From Octopus sinensis (lineage: Eukaryota), in assembly GCF_006345805.1 (NCBI RefSeq), contig NC_043011.1:65856464-65920463 (forward strand): DNA of 64,000 nt, written 5' to 3'. The position numbers and the translations under genes are program-made. A model generated the notes under the pieces. The model searched no databases. It was given only the letters and a program-made list of their open reading frames with translations, and was not told the origin of the DNA. Positions within the stretch are counted from its first letter, which is position 1; each line of letters opens with the position of its first letter. Of the stretch, positions 13,901-26,438 are shown piece after piece.

Positions 13901-14175
13901 TCCTTGCGCCAAATTTTAAGTTAACATAGTGAGCAACCTATTGGTAAGTATAAGGCACATTTAATAACATAATATCGTGTTTATCACTTAGTTTTTATCT
14001 CAAGTGTTGTTATAGAAGTATGAAAATAATGTTGCAGTTAATAACGGATATGTAACAGTCGTAATATTCATTTATTTATACAAATAGATCTTAAAGTAGT
14101 AATCTGTAAAAAAAAGGATATCTATGATACACTTTGTGTAAGGCAAAATAGCATCTTGTAATAACGGCTACACCA

Positions 14176-14235
<60 letters not shown>

Positions 14236-14243
<8 letters not shown>

Positions 14244-15094
14244 GTAAAAAATAAATACAGACATGGACAAGAACATGAAACACCAAAGAGACGACACAAG
14301 AACCACAGGACGGGACATTCGAAGCCCTCAGTCATCAGTCAAGAACCAGATCATCTTCGCAATTTCGGCTGATTAATCTTGAGATTGCTCCGATCTGGGC
14401 AGCCCGCCAAGGGAAATCTAAGCCAAGCGCATTAGATCCCCTGGAAGAAAGCTTCGAATGTATACAACACGAGGACGGAAAACGAACGAAGTACACGAAC
14501 AAAAATACAGAATACGTGACACCAATAAGAATACAAAAACGTAAAAACGATAACGGTAAAGATAAAAAACAAAACAAAACCAGGACGTAGGACAAGGGTC
14601 TTTCGACAGGACGAGTTGAGTTTGGGGCTGGCTTATGAAGTTGTGCCTAATGGCCGCAGGGAGACGAACAAATACGTGTTGCTTCGACGACTGCTGGAAC
14701 GAAAAGGGCGCTCAGCAGTGGCTAGCGGTCACGTGAGAACAAAAGACAGGAGAAAGGGGCAGATGAAAAGAGAGAGAAGGTGGACGAGGGAGGAGAAGAA
14801 AGAGCCAGATCGAGGGGACTGGAGGTGAGAGAGATAGAGAAACGTAGAAGGGGGTGGGACGGATGGAGAGGGAAAGAAAGGAAGGGGAATAAGGGAGGAG
14901 AGAGAGAGAGAGAAAGAGACAGATCAAGAGTCTTATCAATGCTAGAGAAAAAATATACTTATCGTATAAGGACAATTGTGGATACGTAGCCGCCGATTAT
15001 ATATGTAAACAGTAAAAAATAAATACAGACATGTACAAGAACATGAAACACCAAAGAGACGACACAAGAACCACAGGACGGGACATTCGAAGCC

Positions 15095-15098
<4 letters not shown>
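14236..15098. mobile_element. Non-coding retroelement bounded by direct repeats of about 95 bp (Penelope pLTR-like)
   Basis: 14236-14330 is repeated at 15005-15098; flanked by (TA)n; purine-rich interior. Confidence 0.55.
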
Positions 15099-15155
<57 letters not shown>

Positions 15156-15204
15156 GTTACTGTTACTGGAAATGAAATCTCATAAATTATTTTCTATTCT
15201 AGGA

Positions 15205-15399
15205 ACAAGGCCCGATATCTTTGAGGACGTGAAGAGTCGACTAGATCGACACCATTATGTAACTGGTGCCTGATTTATTGACCCCGAAATGATGAAACGC
15301 ACAATCGATCTCGGAAGTATTTGAGATCAGAACACATTGATAGACGAAATACCACTAAGCGTTTTGCTCGGAGTGCTAACGATTCTGCCAGCTCGCCTT
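15205..15399 (-). mobile_element. tRNA-derived SINE
   Basis: Minus strand GGCGAGCTGGCAGAATCGTTAGCACTCCG..., a typical octopod SINE head and body. Confidence 0.8.
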
Positions 15400-15424
15400 T
15401 GACATATTTTATATTGTAAGAAAA

Positions 15425-18400
15425 TTATATTGTTACTGGCGCGGTCACAAAGAAGTCATTGGTGTAGCTTACAATGCCAAGATTTGGCACAATTCCTTCC
15501 AGGGCCTTCCAGACATATATTACTGCATACCTCTCCCGTCTTCTCTCCAGGGAGTAGAGTCTTAGCTGTTTCAAACTTTCCCAGACGCTGAGCTGTTCCA
15601 AAGAGACGATCTTCTTTGTGAATCTTCTCTGGATTGCTTCAAGGTCCGCTGTTAATTTTACACTGGTGGGTGACCATAGCTGTGAGCAGTGCTCCAGGTG
15701 GCTTAAGACTAAAGTCCGCCAGATGACCATCATGGTTTGCTTATCTCTGGTTCTGAATGTTCTTAGGATCCAGCCAGTCAGTCGTCTGCACTTTGTCGCT
15801 ATCCTAGTAATGTACACTTGGAAAGAGGTATCATCACTCATGTCGATACCCAGGTCCCTCACAGACATAGGCTCTGGGATTTAAATTCCCTGTGGACCGG
15901 TGTATTCTGTAAGTTTAATATTCAGTTTTGGATGCTGGTAGCGCAGAGCCTGGAATTTTTCAGCATTAAACTACATATTATTATCGTCAGCCCACCTGTA
16001 GATTGAGTCCAACTCCTGCTGGCTATCCGGCCATTTGAGGGCATATCTGAGAGGGCCACTATAAAAAGCAGTGGTCCGAAGACAGTACACTGTGGAACAC
16101 CGCTCTGTATTTGTGTGTTCATAGAGGTGGATCCATTAACCACTACTGCCTGAAGTCATGTAACCACACTCCAAGTTTCCCAGCTATGCGGAGGTCACGC
16201 AGATTGACGCATATCATACCATGATCCACTTTGTGAAAACCTTTTGCAAAATCAAGGTAGATTACGTCCACATTTGATTTGTTGAGTAACTGCCTCAACA
16301 CCCAGTCATAATATTGTAAGAGCTGGGTCAGGCAGCTCCTACCTGGTCAAAAACCATACTGGGTATCACTCAGCAAGTTATTTTCCTCAAGGAATGCGAT
16401 TAGTTTTTTTCTGACTATCCGTTCCATTACTTTGCTGATGTGTAAAGTCAGAGAGATAGGCCTATAGTTTTTGCCATCTGCTCTAATTCCCCCTTTGTGT
16501 ATTGGGCATATTATTCCCTCCTTCAGCTTGCTTGGCAGTTTGCCATTCGCAAGAACGCTCTGGAAGAGAATCTTGAGGGGTTTTGTCAGGGCATGCTTAC
16601 TCGCTTTGAGGAGAATTGCTGAGAAACCATCTGGACCAGCAGTTGAGTTTGTGTCCACTTCATCTATGGCTAGTAGGACATCTTTTTCGCTAATGCAACA
16701 CATTCTATTGTAACAGCCTCGCTGTTTATAGATGAGGCGGCAAAGAAGTCCACTAGTTCGTTCACTTGTCTGTGTTTCAAAGGGGTGGTAAAGACACTTT
16801 TGAACTGGTCATTCAGCATCTCACTGATCTTAGTTGGACTGTCTGTGAGGGAGCCATCGTTTTGGGGGAGGGGTCCTATCTTGTAGTACACTGAGACTGT
16901 TTCTTTCGCGTGATGAAAGAAGGCCTTTGGGTTTGATTTAATGTTTTTTATACTTTGTCTGCTTTCTCCCTCACATAGGATTGTTGCAGCCTTTTTTCGA
17001 TCTCCATCAGTGTTGTTTTTAGGTGGGACGTTTCGCTAGTTTTGGGATGTTGGTTGAGACGATTTGCAACATTCGTCCGTCGTCTCATGAGTATCGTCCT
17101 GTCTCTTGGAATCTTGCTCTTATTTGTTTTGGCCTTGTGCTCTGAGACATTTTTTCTGGCATACGGCTTGCATAGAAGACATGAAACATTCTAGTTTCAT
17201 GTCAACGTCTGGTGTGGGGAGGCATTCTGTCCAGTCCTTTCTGAGGATCTCTTTTTGGATCGATTTCCAATCTGCTTTGTGGAAGTTCAGATTGGAGAGG
17301 CTTTGGGTGCTTCCTTTAGGCTGTATGTCTCTGGTTACTTTCGGCCCAAATATAGACAGCTCTATTATGTTGTGATCCGAAACTGATGTCGGTGTCACTT
17401 TCACATCATGAATGATGTCCATATTGTTCGTGAAGCAGAGATCCTGAATGCTATTCGCCCTAGTTGTTTAAAGTACAACTTGCTCCATGAATAAGGCATT
17501 GGTGAGGTTGAGCAGGGACTCCACCTGTACTTGCTTGCAATGATACATTCCTGAGAGTATGAGACCTTCAGGCCATTTGACATTGGGGAAGTTGAAATCA
17601 CCCATAAGAAATATGGTCACGTGGTGTTCCAGATTCATGAGGATTTCTTTAATTCTGTGAGGCAAACTTCAAACTTGCCTATATGATTTGGGGCATCCGG
17701 TGGGCAATATGTATTGCATATGACTATATTATGTTATCTTATGTATACAATTAGAGTGTCACATACCGAATTTGAGTGTGTAATTAAGACCTGGGGGGTG
17801 AGGTCATCTCGGATGTATACAGCAACTCCACCATGGCTCCTTTCCCTTCTGTCTGTTCGCAGTATGGCATAGTTTGGTATGTGTACTTCTGCGTCTTCTG
17901 TATCAGGGCTGATGTGAGTTTCCACGAGAGCTATGCATAGGGCTTGATTGCATGCAGTAAGAACTCTCAGGAAAGGAATTTTGTTTCTACTTTAATGCAA
18001 CAGACCCCCAAAATTTAGTAAAAGTATTGGGGTGACGGCTTTGCAGGCGTTAGGGGAGGCCATCCCGTGTCGTTTGACTGTGGTGGTCTTGCATAGTGGT
18101 GGGTAGGGTTCCTTCCCTGTGCTTGGTGTAGCAAGGTTAGCTGCCGGACAATTCTTTCCGCCATGCATAAAAAAGACTCTTGCTCAGCTGCTGCGTTGCG
18201 CAGAACATCTGAGGTGCGCACTTCTTTTTTGAAAGTTTGCCTGGGAGACGTTTCTTGCCTTCCCCCAGTAAAGCTGTTTTCTTTGAGACCCCTGAAGGCG
18301 GGATGTCGGGTGGGCGAACCGGAAGTTTTTGCCGTCCTCCCCATGCCAACAATTGCCCCGCAGGTAGAATTTACAGGTTCTTCAGTGCCTTCCAGATTTC

Positions 18401-19620
18401 TTCTTTCCTGATGTGTATACTGGGTGGCATTGGATCCTCCATGGGGTTCTCTGCTGTTTGTGTGGTGGGTTGGGGTTTCAGCTTTGGTTTTTTGCATTTT
18501 CTTCCCTTTCCCTCCCTATTTTTGCTTTCGGTCCTTCCTTTTTTCTTCTGTTTTTCTAATTTCTCATTTTTTGTAGGACCACTGGTATAGGGGGGCTTCC
18601 GCTGTCTCCTCCCTTGGCTCCCCTATTCTTCGCTACCTTGTCGTTCACCGAGGTAGGTGATCCATTTTCCTGAGGAACCCCTGGATCACAGAGATTTCCG
18701 GCTTCCTTTGCTTTTACGTCCTTTTCATCCTCATCAGCCTTGCCACAATAATTTTCAATTATGTTATCCAATGTTTTGATGCGTGGTCTTATAAGCATGT
18801 AAGACCGGATAAATTCACCTTTCTTTCGCTCTATTTGGTCAATGGTTCTAGGAAATCCATTGTTCTTTAGCGCGTCAGTGATGATGCTGTTCGGCGGATC
18901 GCCACTAGCAATTGTCCACGCTCTTAGCAGAAGATCTAACTCTTTCTTTTCCCACGTTGGTGCCATCTTCGTCTTGAAGTCCAGAGTGGGAGCAGAGGCT
19001 AGAGAGGCAATGAGGGATAGAGAGAGGTAGAGAGGGAGAAACACAGAGGGGGGAAATAGGGAAAGAGAGAGGGAGATAGGAAGGAAAGAGAGAGGTGCTA
19101 TACAAGAAATAGAGAGGATGATAGGAGAAATGCAAGGGGGTGTTGTGTGTTAAAGAGATAATGGAAGGTAGGGAAAAGGGAGAGAAGGGGAATAGAAGGA
19201 GAGAGAGAATGAAGGAGAAGATGGGAAGAGAAAGAGAATCAGAGTGAAGGAGAGGAGGGGAAAAGAAAGAGAAACAGAAGTGGGAGAGGATAGCAAGAGA
19301 AAAAGTGACAGAGTGAAGCAGAGACAGGATGAAGGATGTGAGAGAGAGGGAGAGACGAAGTGAGAAGAATGGGCGAATGAGAACTATATGAGAGAGAGTG
19401 TGAGGTGACGAGAGGAGAGGTAGATGTGAGATGGAAAAGAAAGAGAAATGAAAGAAGAGGAGGATATGAAAGTGGGGAGAGAGATGAGAAAAAGAGTAAG
19501 ATATGCAAGAGAGAGGGAAAAGGTAAGCGTAAAGAGAGATAAAGGAAGGGAGAAAGGAGCTGGAAGTGGGGGAGTATATGTAAGGGAGGAGAGAGGTGGT
19601 AGAAGAGGGTGGGGAAATGA
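15425..19620 (-). mobile_element. Near full-length decayed CR1/L2-group LINE: CT-rich 5'UTR, ORF1 (Myb/SANT-like plus CCCH-like), ORF2 (APE-RT)
   Basis: APE (METHISPD, MGDFNFP, SDHN), RT (GPDG, NYRPISLT, GVPQ), C-terminal LYSLERRRERY; ORF1 fragments 18556-19044 and 18015-18497. Confidence 0.92.
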
Positions 19621-20321
19621 ATGAATTATTTAATTCTAAACTAATTACGATTATATTTCTCAGTCGTTAGCTTAAATTACAGGAAAATAAACAAATGAAA
19701 AGGATTTTTAAATATTAGTTTTATAGAGATAGAAGGAATTTACGGTAAAATTATGATTATTATATTTCCAGCTCAGTCGTAGCTCACAGGAAAATAAACA
19801 TACGAAAAGAATTTCTAAATGTTAGTTTTATAGAGATGAAATGAAAGATAGATTGAAAGCGAAACAGAAATTGAGAGAAAGTTATTCTCAGAATGTAAAC
19901 AAAGATGGCGTCGTAAATCGTAACTGAGACGTTAGCTTACATTAAAGGACCATAAAAAATAATAAACAAAAATATGAAAACGATACTTATCGTAAAGGGT
20001 ACAGTCCAAACTCTCGTGCTTGTACGAAGAAGTTTTCTTTCAAAACAGAAAAGAGAACAATTCTTTTTCCTTCTTACATTTGGTTGGAGATAAATTAATG
20101 ACTTGCCACCACGTGCTTTTCGGCAAAGAATGTAGCTTGTGTAACTAAATTTAATGTCTTATATTTCGCTTCAAGCGAAATATATTACGTTCTTAATTAA
20201 TATATTTTTAATTAATGCATTTTAGTAGATCGTTATGAGTTAACATGTTCTAGGTTTTTTTAGATTTAGTAGATTATTTCGTCGATTTATGCAAATCTAT
20301 TTGTTTTTTCACAGAGCAAAA

Positions 20322-20354
20322 GCAAACGCGTCTTTCCTCTACGAAAACCGGAAG

Positions 20355-20428
<74 letters not shown>

Positions 20429-20435
20429 TTGTGTG

Positions 20436-20476
<41 letters not shown>

Positions 20477-20561
20477 CAAAAAACAACTTTTAGATTAAAT
20501 CACGATGTTGGGACTATAAACTTTAAGCAAACGCGTCTTTCCTCTACGAAAACCGGAAGTG

Positions 20562-20613
<52 letters not shown>

Positions 20614-20614
20614 A

Positions 20615-20661
<47 letters not shown>

Positions 20662-20777
20662 AATATATATCTATCTTTATATATATACATATCAAAAAAC
20701 AACTTTTAGATTAAATCACGATGTTGGGACTATAAACTTTAAGCAAACGCGTCTTTCCTCTACGAAAACCGGAAGTG

Positions 20778-20845
<68 letters not shown>

Positions 20846-20846
20846 A

Positions 20847-20892
<46 letters not shown>

Positions 20893-20970
20893 TATATCTG
20901 TCTTTATATATATACATATCAAAAAACAACTTTTAGATTAAATCACGATGTTGGGACTATAAACTTTAAG
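20322..20970 (+). repeat. Three tandem copies of a unit of about 205-227 bp (TIR end + compound microsatellite + unique flank)
   Basis: Units start at 20322, 20527 and 20743 and differ mainly in (TA)n/(TG)n length. Confidence 0.95.
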
Positions 20971-21270
20971 CTTTATTTACCACATTCATGCACAGAAAAA
21001 TACGTACATACGCACATACATACACTGAAAAATGAACTCTATATCATCCCCAAGGAATTTCTCCACTATATAGATGGAACGTGGCATGCATGTACATAAC
21101 AATGTGCTTGGATCTACATAAATATGTGTAAAGAGACACATAGAAATCTATACTTAATCACACAAATAGTTATTCTAAACACACATCGAGGGGTATATTT
21201 GTACAACATATGATAATACGCACACACATATATATAATCACACGCACAAACACAGACAAACATATATATA

Positions 21271-21363
<93 letters not shown>

Positions 21364-21989
21364 ATTATTAATTTTATGATATATTATATAATAATAATCT
21401 ATGTATATATAAACAAATAAATAATAAATAATGAATTAATACGGAAAAGTGGAATAAATTAAAAACAATGAAAATAATTATGCTAGAAAGGAAGATAGTG
21501 ATTAGATTAGAAATTTAAAAAATCAGTGCTATTTGAGAATGAGGGTTAAGAATTATACGACATTATGCTTCTGTGTTGTTACGTATGCAAATGGATAGAG
21601 GAAAAAATATGTCATACAATATGATTTAGACGTTGATAAACGAAGAAGATGAAACGATAAAAATTAGTTTTTGGGATGTGAATTATTAGTGGCATTTGTA
21701 ATATTTAAGAGTGTGAAAACGGGAGAAAACGACGACGTATTAAATTAAACAATAGTTAGGATAAAAATATATAATATGTTCATCGGCGATAATATATAGT
21801 TGTAAATTTTGCTCCAGTGCAAAAGAAAAAATAAAGGATTATATACGACGATCAACGTATTTATTTATATTAAAAATTGTGGACGATAGTTTACTACGAT
21901 GCATTAGAATTATGTAGTATGCGCACCGGTTTAAATATATATATACAGAAAAAATAAAACTGTTCGGAAGAATACACTGCTTAACTATA

Positions 21990-22060
21990 GCGATGAAACA
22001 TTGTAAAAGGATAGCGGATAATTGCAAAAGGATAGCGGATAATTGCAAAAGGATAGCTGG
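21990..22060 (+). repeat. 21-bp minisatellite ATTGCAAAAGGATAGCGGATA, about 2.7 copies
   Basis: Direct reading. Confidence 0.85.
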
Positions 22061-22597
22061 TAGTATTCTAGTTCAAGTTCTAATTAATATGTGGTATATA
22101 GATAGAATAACGATCTAAGTGAATTTAATGGTAGAAAATGAACAACAAAATGTGATATCAATAATACCCAAGTGTTTGGAAGAAGGAGAGAAACATAGCA
22201 ACGCTCTCGCTTAAATATTGTTTATAGTAAACAATATTTAAGCTTAAATATTTATTGTTTACTATAACACACATTAATAACTTGATAAGTGGAACACATA
22301 TGTATTATATATATTCAAAGTTAACCAAGATGAGAACGAAAAACAAAATGAAGAACGCGGTGATATAAATTCTATATTTCTAATTACATGTTATGGTAAT
22401 TCACTGAGCTTTAAATTCATTAGTACTGTTAAATAATAGCTTTCAAATATTGTCATCTTTTTGTAACATACAAATAGATTAACAGCATCCATCCATTCAC
22501 CATTTACTTTCTATTGTTTCCCCCACACACACATATATATATATATACATATATACACATATATACATACTACATGCATATATATATGAATATATAT

Positions 22598-22636
22598 AGG
22601 CGCAGGAGTGGCTAATTAGTAAGTAGCTTTGCTAAC
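22598..22636 (+). mobile_element. 5' head of a tRNA-derived SINE interrupted by Tx1 insertions
   Basis: AGGCGCAGGAGTGGCTAATTAGTAAGTAGCTTTGCTAAC with an A-box-like TGGC; remainder of the SINE at 28243-28361. Confidence 0.85.
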
Positions 22637-25600
22637 CGCACATGCGCAGTTAGTCGGTTGCTTCCTGTTGAGCTAGAGTGGACGTGAGTAACAAGCTCTG
22701 TCCAACTATAGAAAAAAGACCAAAAACGGAAAGTTGTCGAGGTAAGTGATTTTGTTTATTGTGAGTTGGGCATAATTTATTGCGTGCCAATTATTATTTC
22801 AGTAGGTTGTGTCCAACTCTGAGACAATTTCGCCTGCGCTAGGCGGCTGCCGTTTTTGTGTTCATTGAAAAAAAAAAAAAAAAAAAAAAAAAAGTGGAGG
22901 GGCGTATACTCAGAATTCAATACAGTTACTGTTAAAATTACCGTTGACGGTAGCCAGTGCTGCGTTTGAGTTTGCTGAATTTATTCCCTTGTCAGAGTAC
23001 TTCGCAAGAAAAATATAAAAATAAGCCACTATTGGATTACCTTCCGGACCCATTTTTGTGGAGGTTGTGTTGCAGTTGCGGCGTTCCAGGTTCAACCCAG
23101 GCCGGGAGTACCGCAAGGCCAGAATATTTTTGCTGTGTTTTTTCTGTTTACTAACTTTCTTTTGAACTTCATTTAACCCCCCCCCTTTTGTTTTTTCTTT
23201 ATTGCGACTTTCCGTTAATTTTTTCCCTTCTGTTGTGCTTTCTCCTTTTTGTTTTTTCAAAAATCTATCAAATTTATTTAGACTTTTGAACTTTTTTGTT
23301 ACTGCTTTTGAGTTTAATTTGAATATATTTAAAAAAAAAACATGGCAATGAAAAATAACAAAATTTTGGAGTGGGAAATCATACCACCCAAAAAGTGGTT
23401 GAAGGACCGTGAAGATAGGACGGTGGTGTTGAGAACCTACTCCAAGGCACTTGACACCATCGCCCTATTCGAAAAGACGGCAATTGAGGAGGAGTTGGAG
23501 GAGTATTTGCCAAGAATTAAATTCATTTCCAGGGGTATCAAATATGCAACGGTGTGGTTGCTGTTTGACACCCCTGAAGAGGCTTGCAAATTTGCTAGTG
23601 AACCCTTGGAGGGTAAGGAAATCTTATACCTGCCCACGTACAAAAAAAAGAAATTGATGAAAGCTTGGATCTGCGGACTGCCACCCGACATAAAACCCGA
23701 GTGGATAGAGGAGACTATCCGCCGGGGTCTGGGTGACAGCGAAACTAAGCTCCTCAATGTAAAAGATCTTCCTGCGGCTGCTTGGGTTGGGTCGAAAGCA
23801 ATTTTGACCCTGTGGACCCAATCAGCCAATCTCCTTTTTCCAGATTTTTTGAAAATGGCCGGGTGCAGGTATCCGGTGATTCTTGAGGGTCGCGCCCCTA
23901 AGTGTCATCGGTGAAACACAGCAGAATTGGGTCTCTTGTTGATGAAAACCGATGCACGGTCAAGAAGCGGGACGAGATGTGTGAAGCACTTCACAAGCAC
24001 TTCGCCGAGTTGTTCGGGACGTGCGGGACGCTGGATCATGATGAGGCCCTTAGGGACTTCCTGTCTGGTTGCCCGCGTCTGTCGACACGAGAGGCTGAGT
24101 GCTGTGAAGGGCCAATCACAGCCGAGGAAGTAATTGAGGTGTTGGGCAAGTGCCCCGGGAAGAAGTCACCGGGTCTCGATGGTCTGCCCTATGAATTTTA
24201 TAAAAGTATGCCAGACTTGTTCGGGCACCTGCTGGCTAGCGTCTACGCCTACTGGCAGGAGAATGGGAGAATTCCCTAATCTGCGAGCCGGGGGTTAGTG
24301 ACGTTGATCAGGAAAGACCCGACCAAGGGGAACTTCAGGCCAATAACTCTCTTGAACACAGAGTTAAAGATTCTGGCCGAGGTGCTAGCAAAAAGTTTGG
24401 CGCGGGTCGTGGACAAACTTGTCGGGGAAGCGCAAACGTGCGCTATCCTTTGCAGAACGATCCACGATAATCTCCACCTTATACGCTACTCCTTAGAGAG
24501 GGTGGGGAAGCTTTCCAGTGCAAGAGGAGCAATGGTACATTTAGACCAGTCCAAAGCATTTGATAGGGTCGACCATAGGTAATTGGAGGTGGTCCTCGGA
24601 GAGGCTGGCCTAGGCCTGACCTTTCGAGGTTGGATCGCTGCTTTGTATAGCGACATCGAGTCTGTAGTCAAGGTGAACGGTTTCTTTTCGAAGCCGTTCA
24701 GGATCGAGCGTTCAGTTCGTCAGGGGTGTCCCCTGTCTTCGCTCCTATACGTATTGGCTCTTGATCCTTTGCTGCGGAAGTTGGAGATACTAGGGGGCGC
24801 GCCGCATGATCCATGGTGTTGAAGAGGAGCTACGGCGTATGCGGATGACACCTCCATCATCGTGGCAGACGAAGGCCAGCTTCCAGTGGTGGAAAAGGCC
24901 ATCAAAAGCTACGAGGCGGTGGCAGGAGCAAAGGTTAACAAGGACAAGTTGGTCGGTTTGCAACTCGGCACCTGGAGGGGCAAGCCGATGCCGTCCAATA
25001 ACATCGTAGGGCGTTGGATGGAAGGTCCTGTTAAGCTGCTCGGAGTCTGGTTCGGGCCAGAATTCCAGATAGAGAAAAATTGGAGTGAGGTGGCCAACAA
25101 GGTGACCGCTCTAACCCAGACCTGATCTGGGCGGGCGTTATCTCTGCTAGGGAAGGCGGAGGTGGTGCAGATGTTTATAGGATCAGTAATCACCTACCGT
25201 CTGACCGTGGTGCCTTGCCCCGATTTGTGATGAACAAGATGGAGAGAATCCTTTTTCGCTTTTCGTGGAAAGAGGAAAGCCACTTGTAAAGCGCTCTGTC
25301 TGCTGCCAGAAACCGCTAAAGGGTGGGCTAGGGATGCCTTGGCTGAGGATGCGAAAACTCGCGTTAAGGTTGAGGCACCTCTTGCTTTACCTGGATGGAG
25401 AGCAGGTGTGGTCACCGCACGTCCAGTTCTACCTTCCCCAGTTAACTTCCCTAACGGACATCGGTGCATGGATCAAGCGGAGACCTAAACTGTGTGAATG
25501 TCATTTGGAGTGCCGTCAGGCGCTCCAGCTAAACTCTCGGGCGGGCAACGCCGTCAACAGGAGTTCCACCACGGATTTCTATAGCGGGTTAGTGGAGGTT

Positions 25601-26424
25601 AAGTCCGAAGACGCCTTGGGGGAGACCCTGGGCTACGATGAAAATCAGTTGGTCAACCTGTTCATGAGGACGTTCGGGCCAGGGTATCTGGATAATTACC
25701 AGAAATCCCTGGCCTGGCAGTGTTTCCGTGTGGCTTTACCTGTTCGCGACAAGCTGTCAAGGCACGGAAGTGCCGTCTCGCCGACATGCCCGCGATGTGA
25801 GCAGGATAGGGAAACCGTCTTGCACGCATTCGTGGAGTGTTCGGAGTTACCGGACTGATAGCTTTTGCCGAACAACTGTTGTCAGTGATGGGAAGAGTAC
25901 AGCTATCAGCTGAATCTATCATCGAGATTGTGCCGCCTCCTTTCCTTAACAGAGAAAGAAAGGCTTGTTTTTTCTGTGTAGTAGCCATACTGAAGGAAAC
26001 AGTATGGAAGACGCGTACGAAAGGTATAGTGACAGGCACCTTTGTCTCCGGCCAGGGGTTGATTAACTTTTTTAGCTACCACCTCAGTAGCAAACTCTGG
26101 CTGGAGAAGAGGTGTCTGACACGAGATATGTTTGTGAAAAGATGGAAGCCTGTGACATGCAAGCTGGGTATGTTTGGCACCAGGTTAGTGTGACCGGATC
26201 AAAAAGAAAGTAAAGGTTCTACCCGGATGGCTGGGTGTCCGTCCATCGACATGATCATTAAGTAATATTTTTAAACATTGTCTTCGTAAAATTCATTGGT
26301 TATAATCTTATCAGTAATTTCATTCGAAAATTTTAACTGTGTTAAGCTACTTCGCCCTTTATATTTGTCTGTCCTTGTTTGTCCCCTCTTTGTAAATGAC
26401 TAAATGGCAAATTATATGAAATAA
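22637..26424 (+). mobile_element. L1/Tx1 element copy 1: 5'UTR, ORF1, internal deletion at about 23912 removing the ORF1 C-terminus and endonuclease, then RT, zf-RVT and 3'UTR
   Basis: ORF1 23342-23914; RT motifs KSPGLDGLPYEFY, NFRPITLLN, LDQSKAFDRVDH, SVRQGCPLS, AYADD; CPRCEQDRETVLHAFVEC; ends in AATAAA followed by the target duplication. Confidence 0.95.
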
Positions 26425-26438
26425 AGTAGCTTGCTTAT
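26425..26438 (+). other. Target-site duplication between tandem Tx1 copies (AGTAGCTTGCTTAT)
   Basis: Matches the target AGTAGCTTGCTTAC at 7806-7819 (minus strand) and the sequence at 22622-22636. Confidence 0.85.

Larger units (their letters stand above)
12691..20356. mobile_element. Putative non-autonomous long-TIR DNA element (termini [C/T]ACTTCCGGT) in (TA)n, carrying nested insertions
   Basis: 12691-13080 is the reverse complement of about 19720-20356; the right arm has an extra 220 nt and a duplicated subterminal block of about 115 nt; both outer ends abut (TA)n; no transposase seen. Confidence 0.65.

Noticed and set aside
13075-13912. Minus-strand ORFs as the transposase of the TIR element
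   Set aside because: No DDE or recombinase motifs; 13670-13912 is largely antisense to a SINE
18905-19508. Ser/Leu/Pro-rich ORFs
   Set aside because: Low-complexity CT-rich LINE 5'UTR
20322-20970. CRISPR-like repeat/spacer pattern
   Set aside because: The spacers are the same microsatellite plus flank in every unit; no cas genes; eukaryotic context
22910-23260. ORF0-like antisense ORFs in the Tx1 5'UTR (also 26727-27065)
   Set aside because: Lys-rich readings of T-rich DNA; similarity is limited to the conserved block and shows no synonymous bias in that frame
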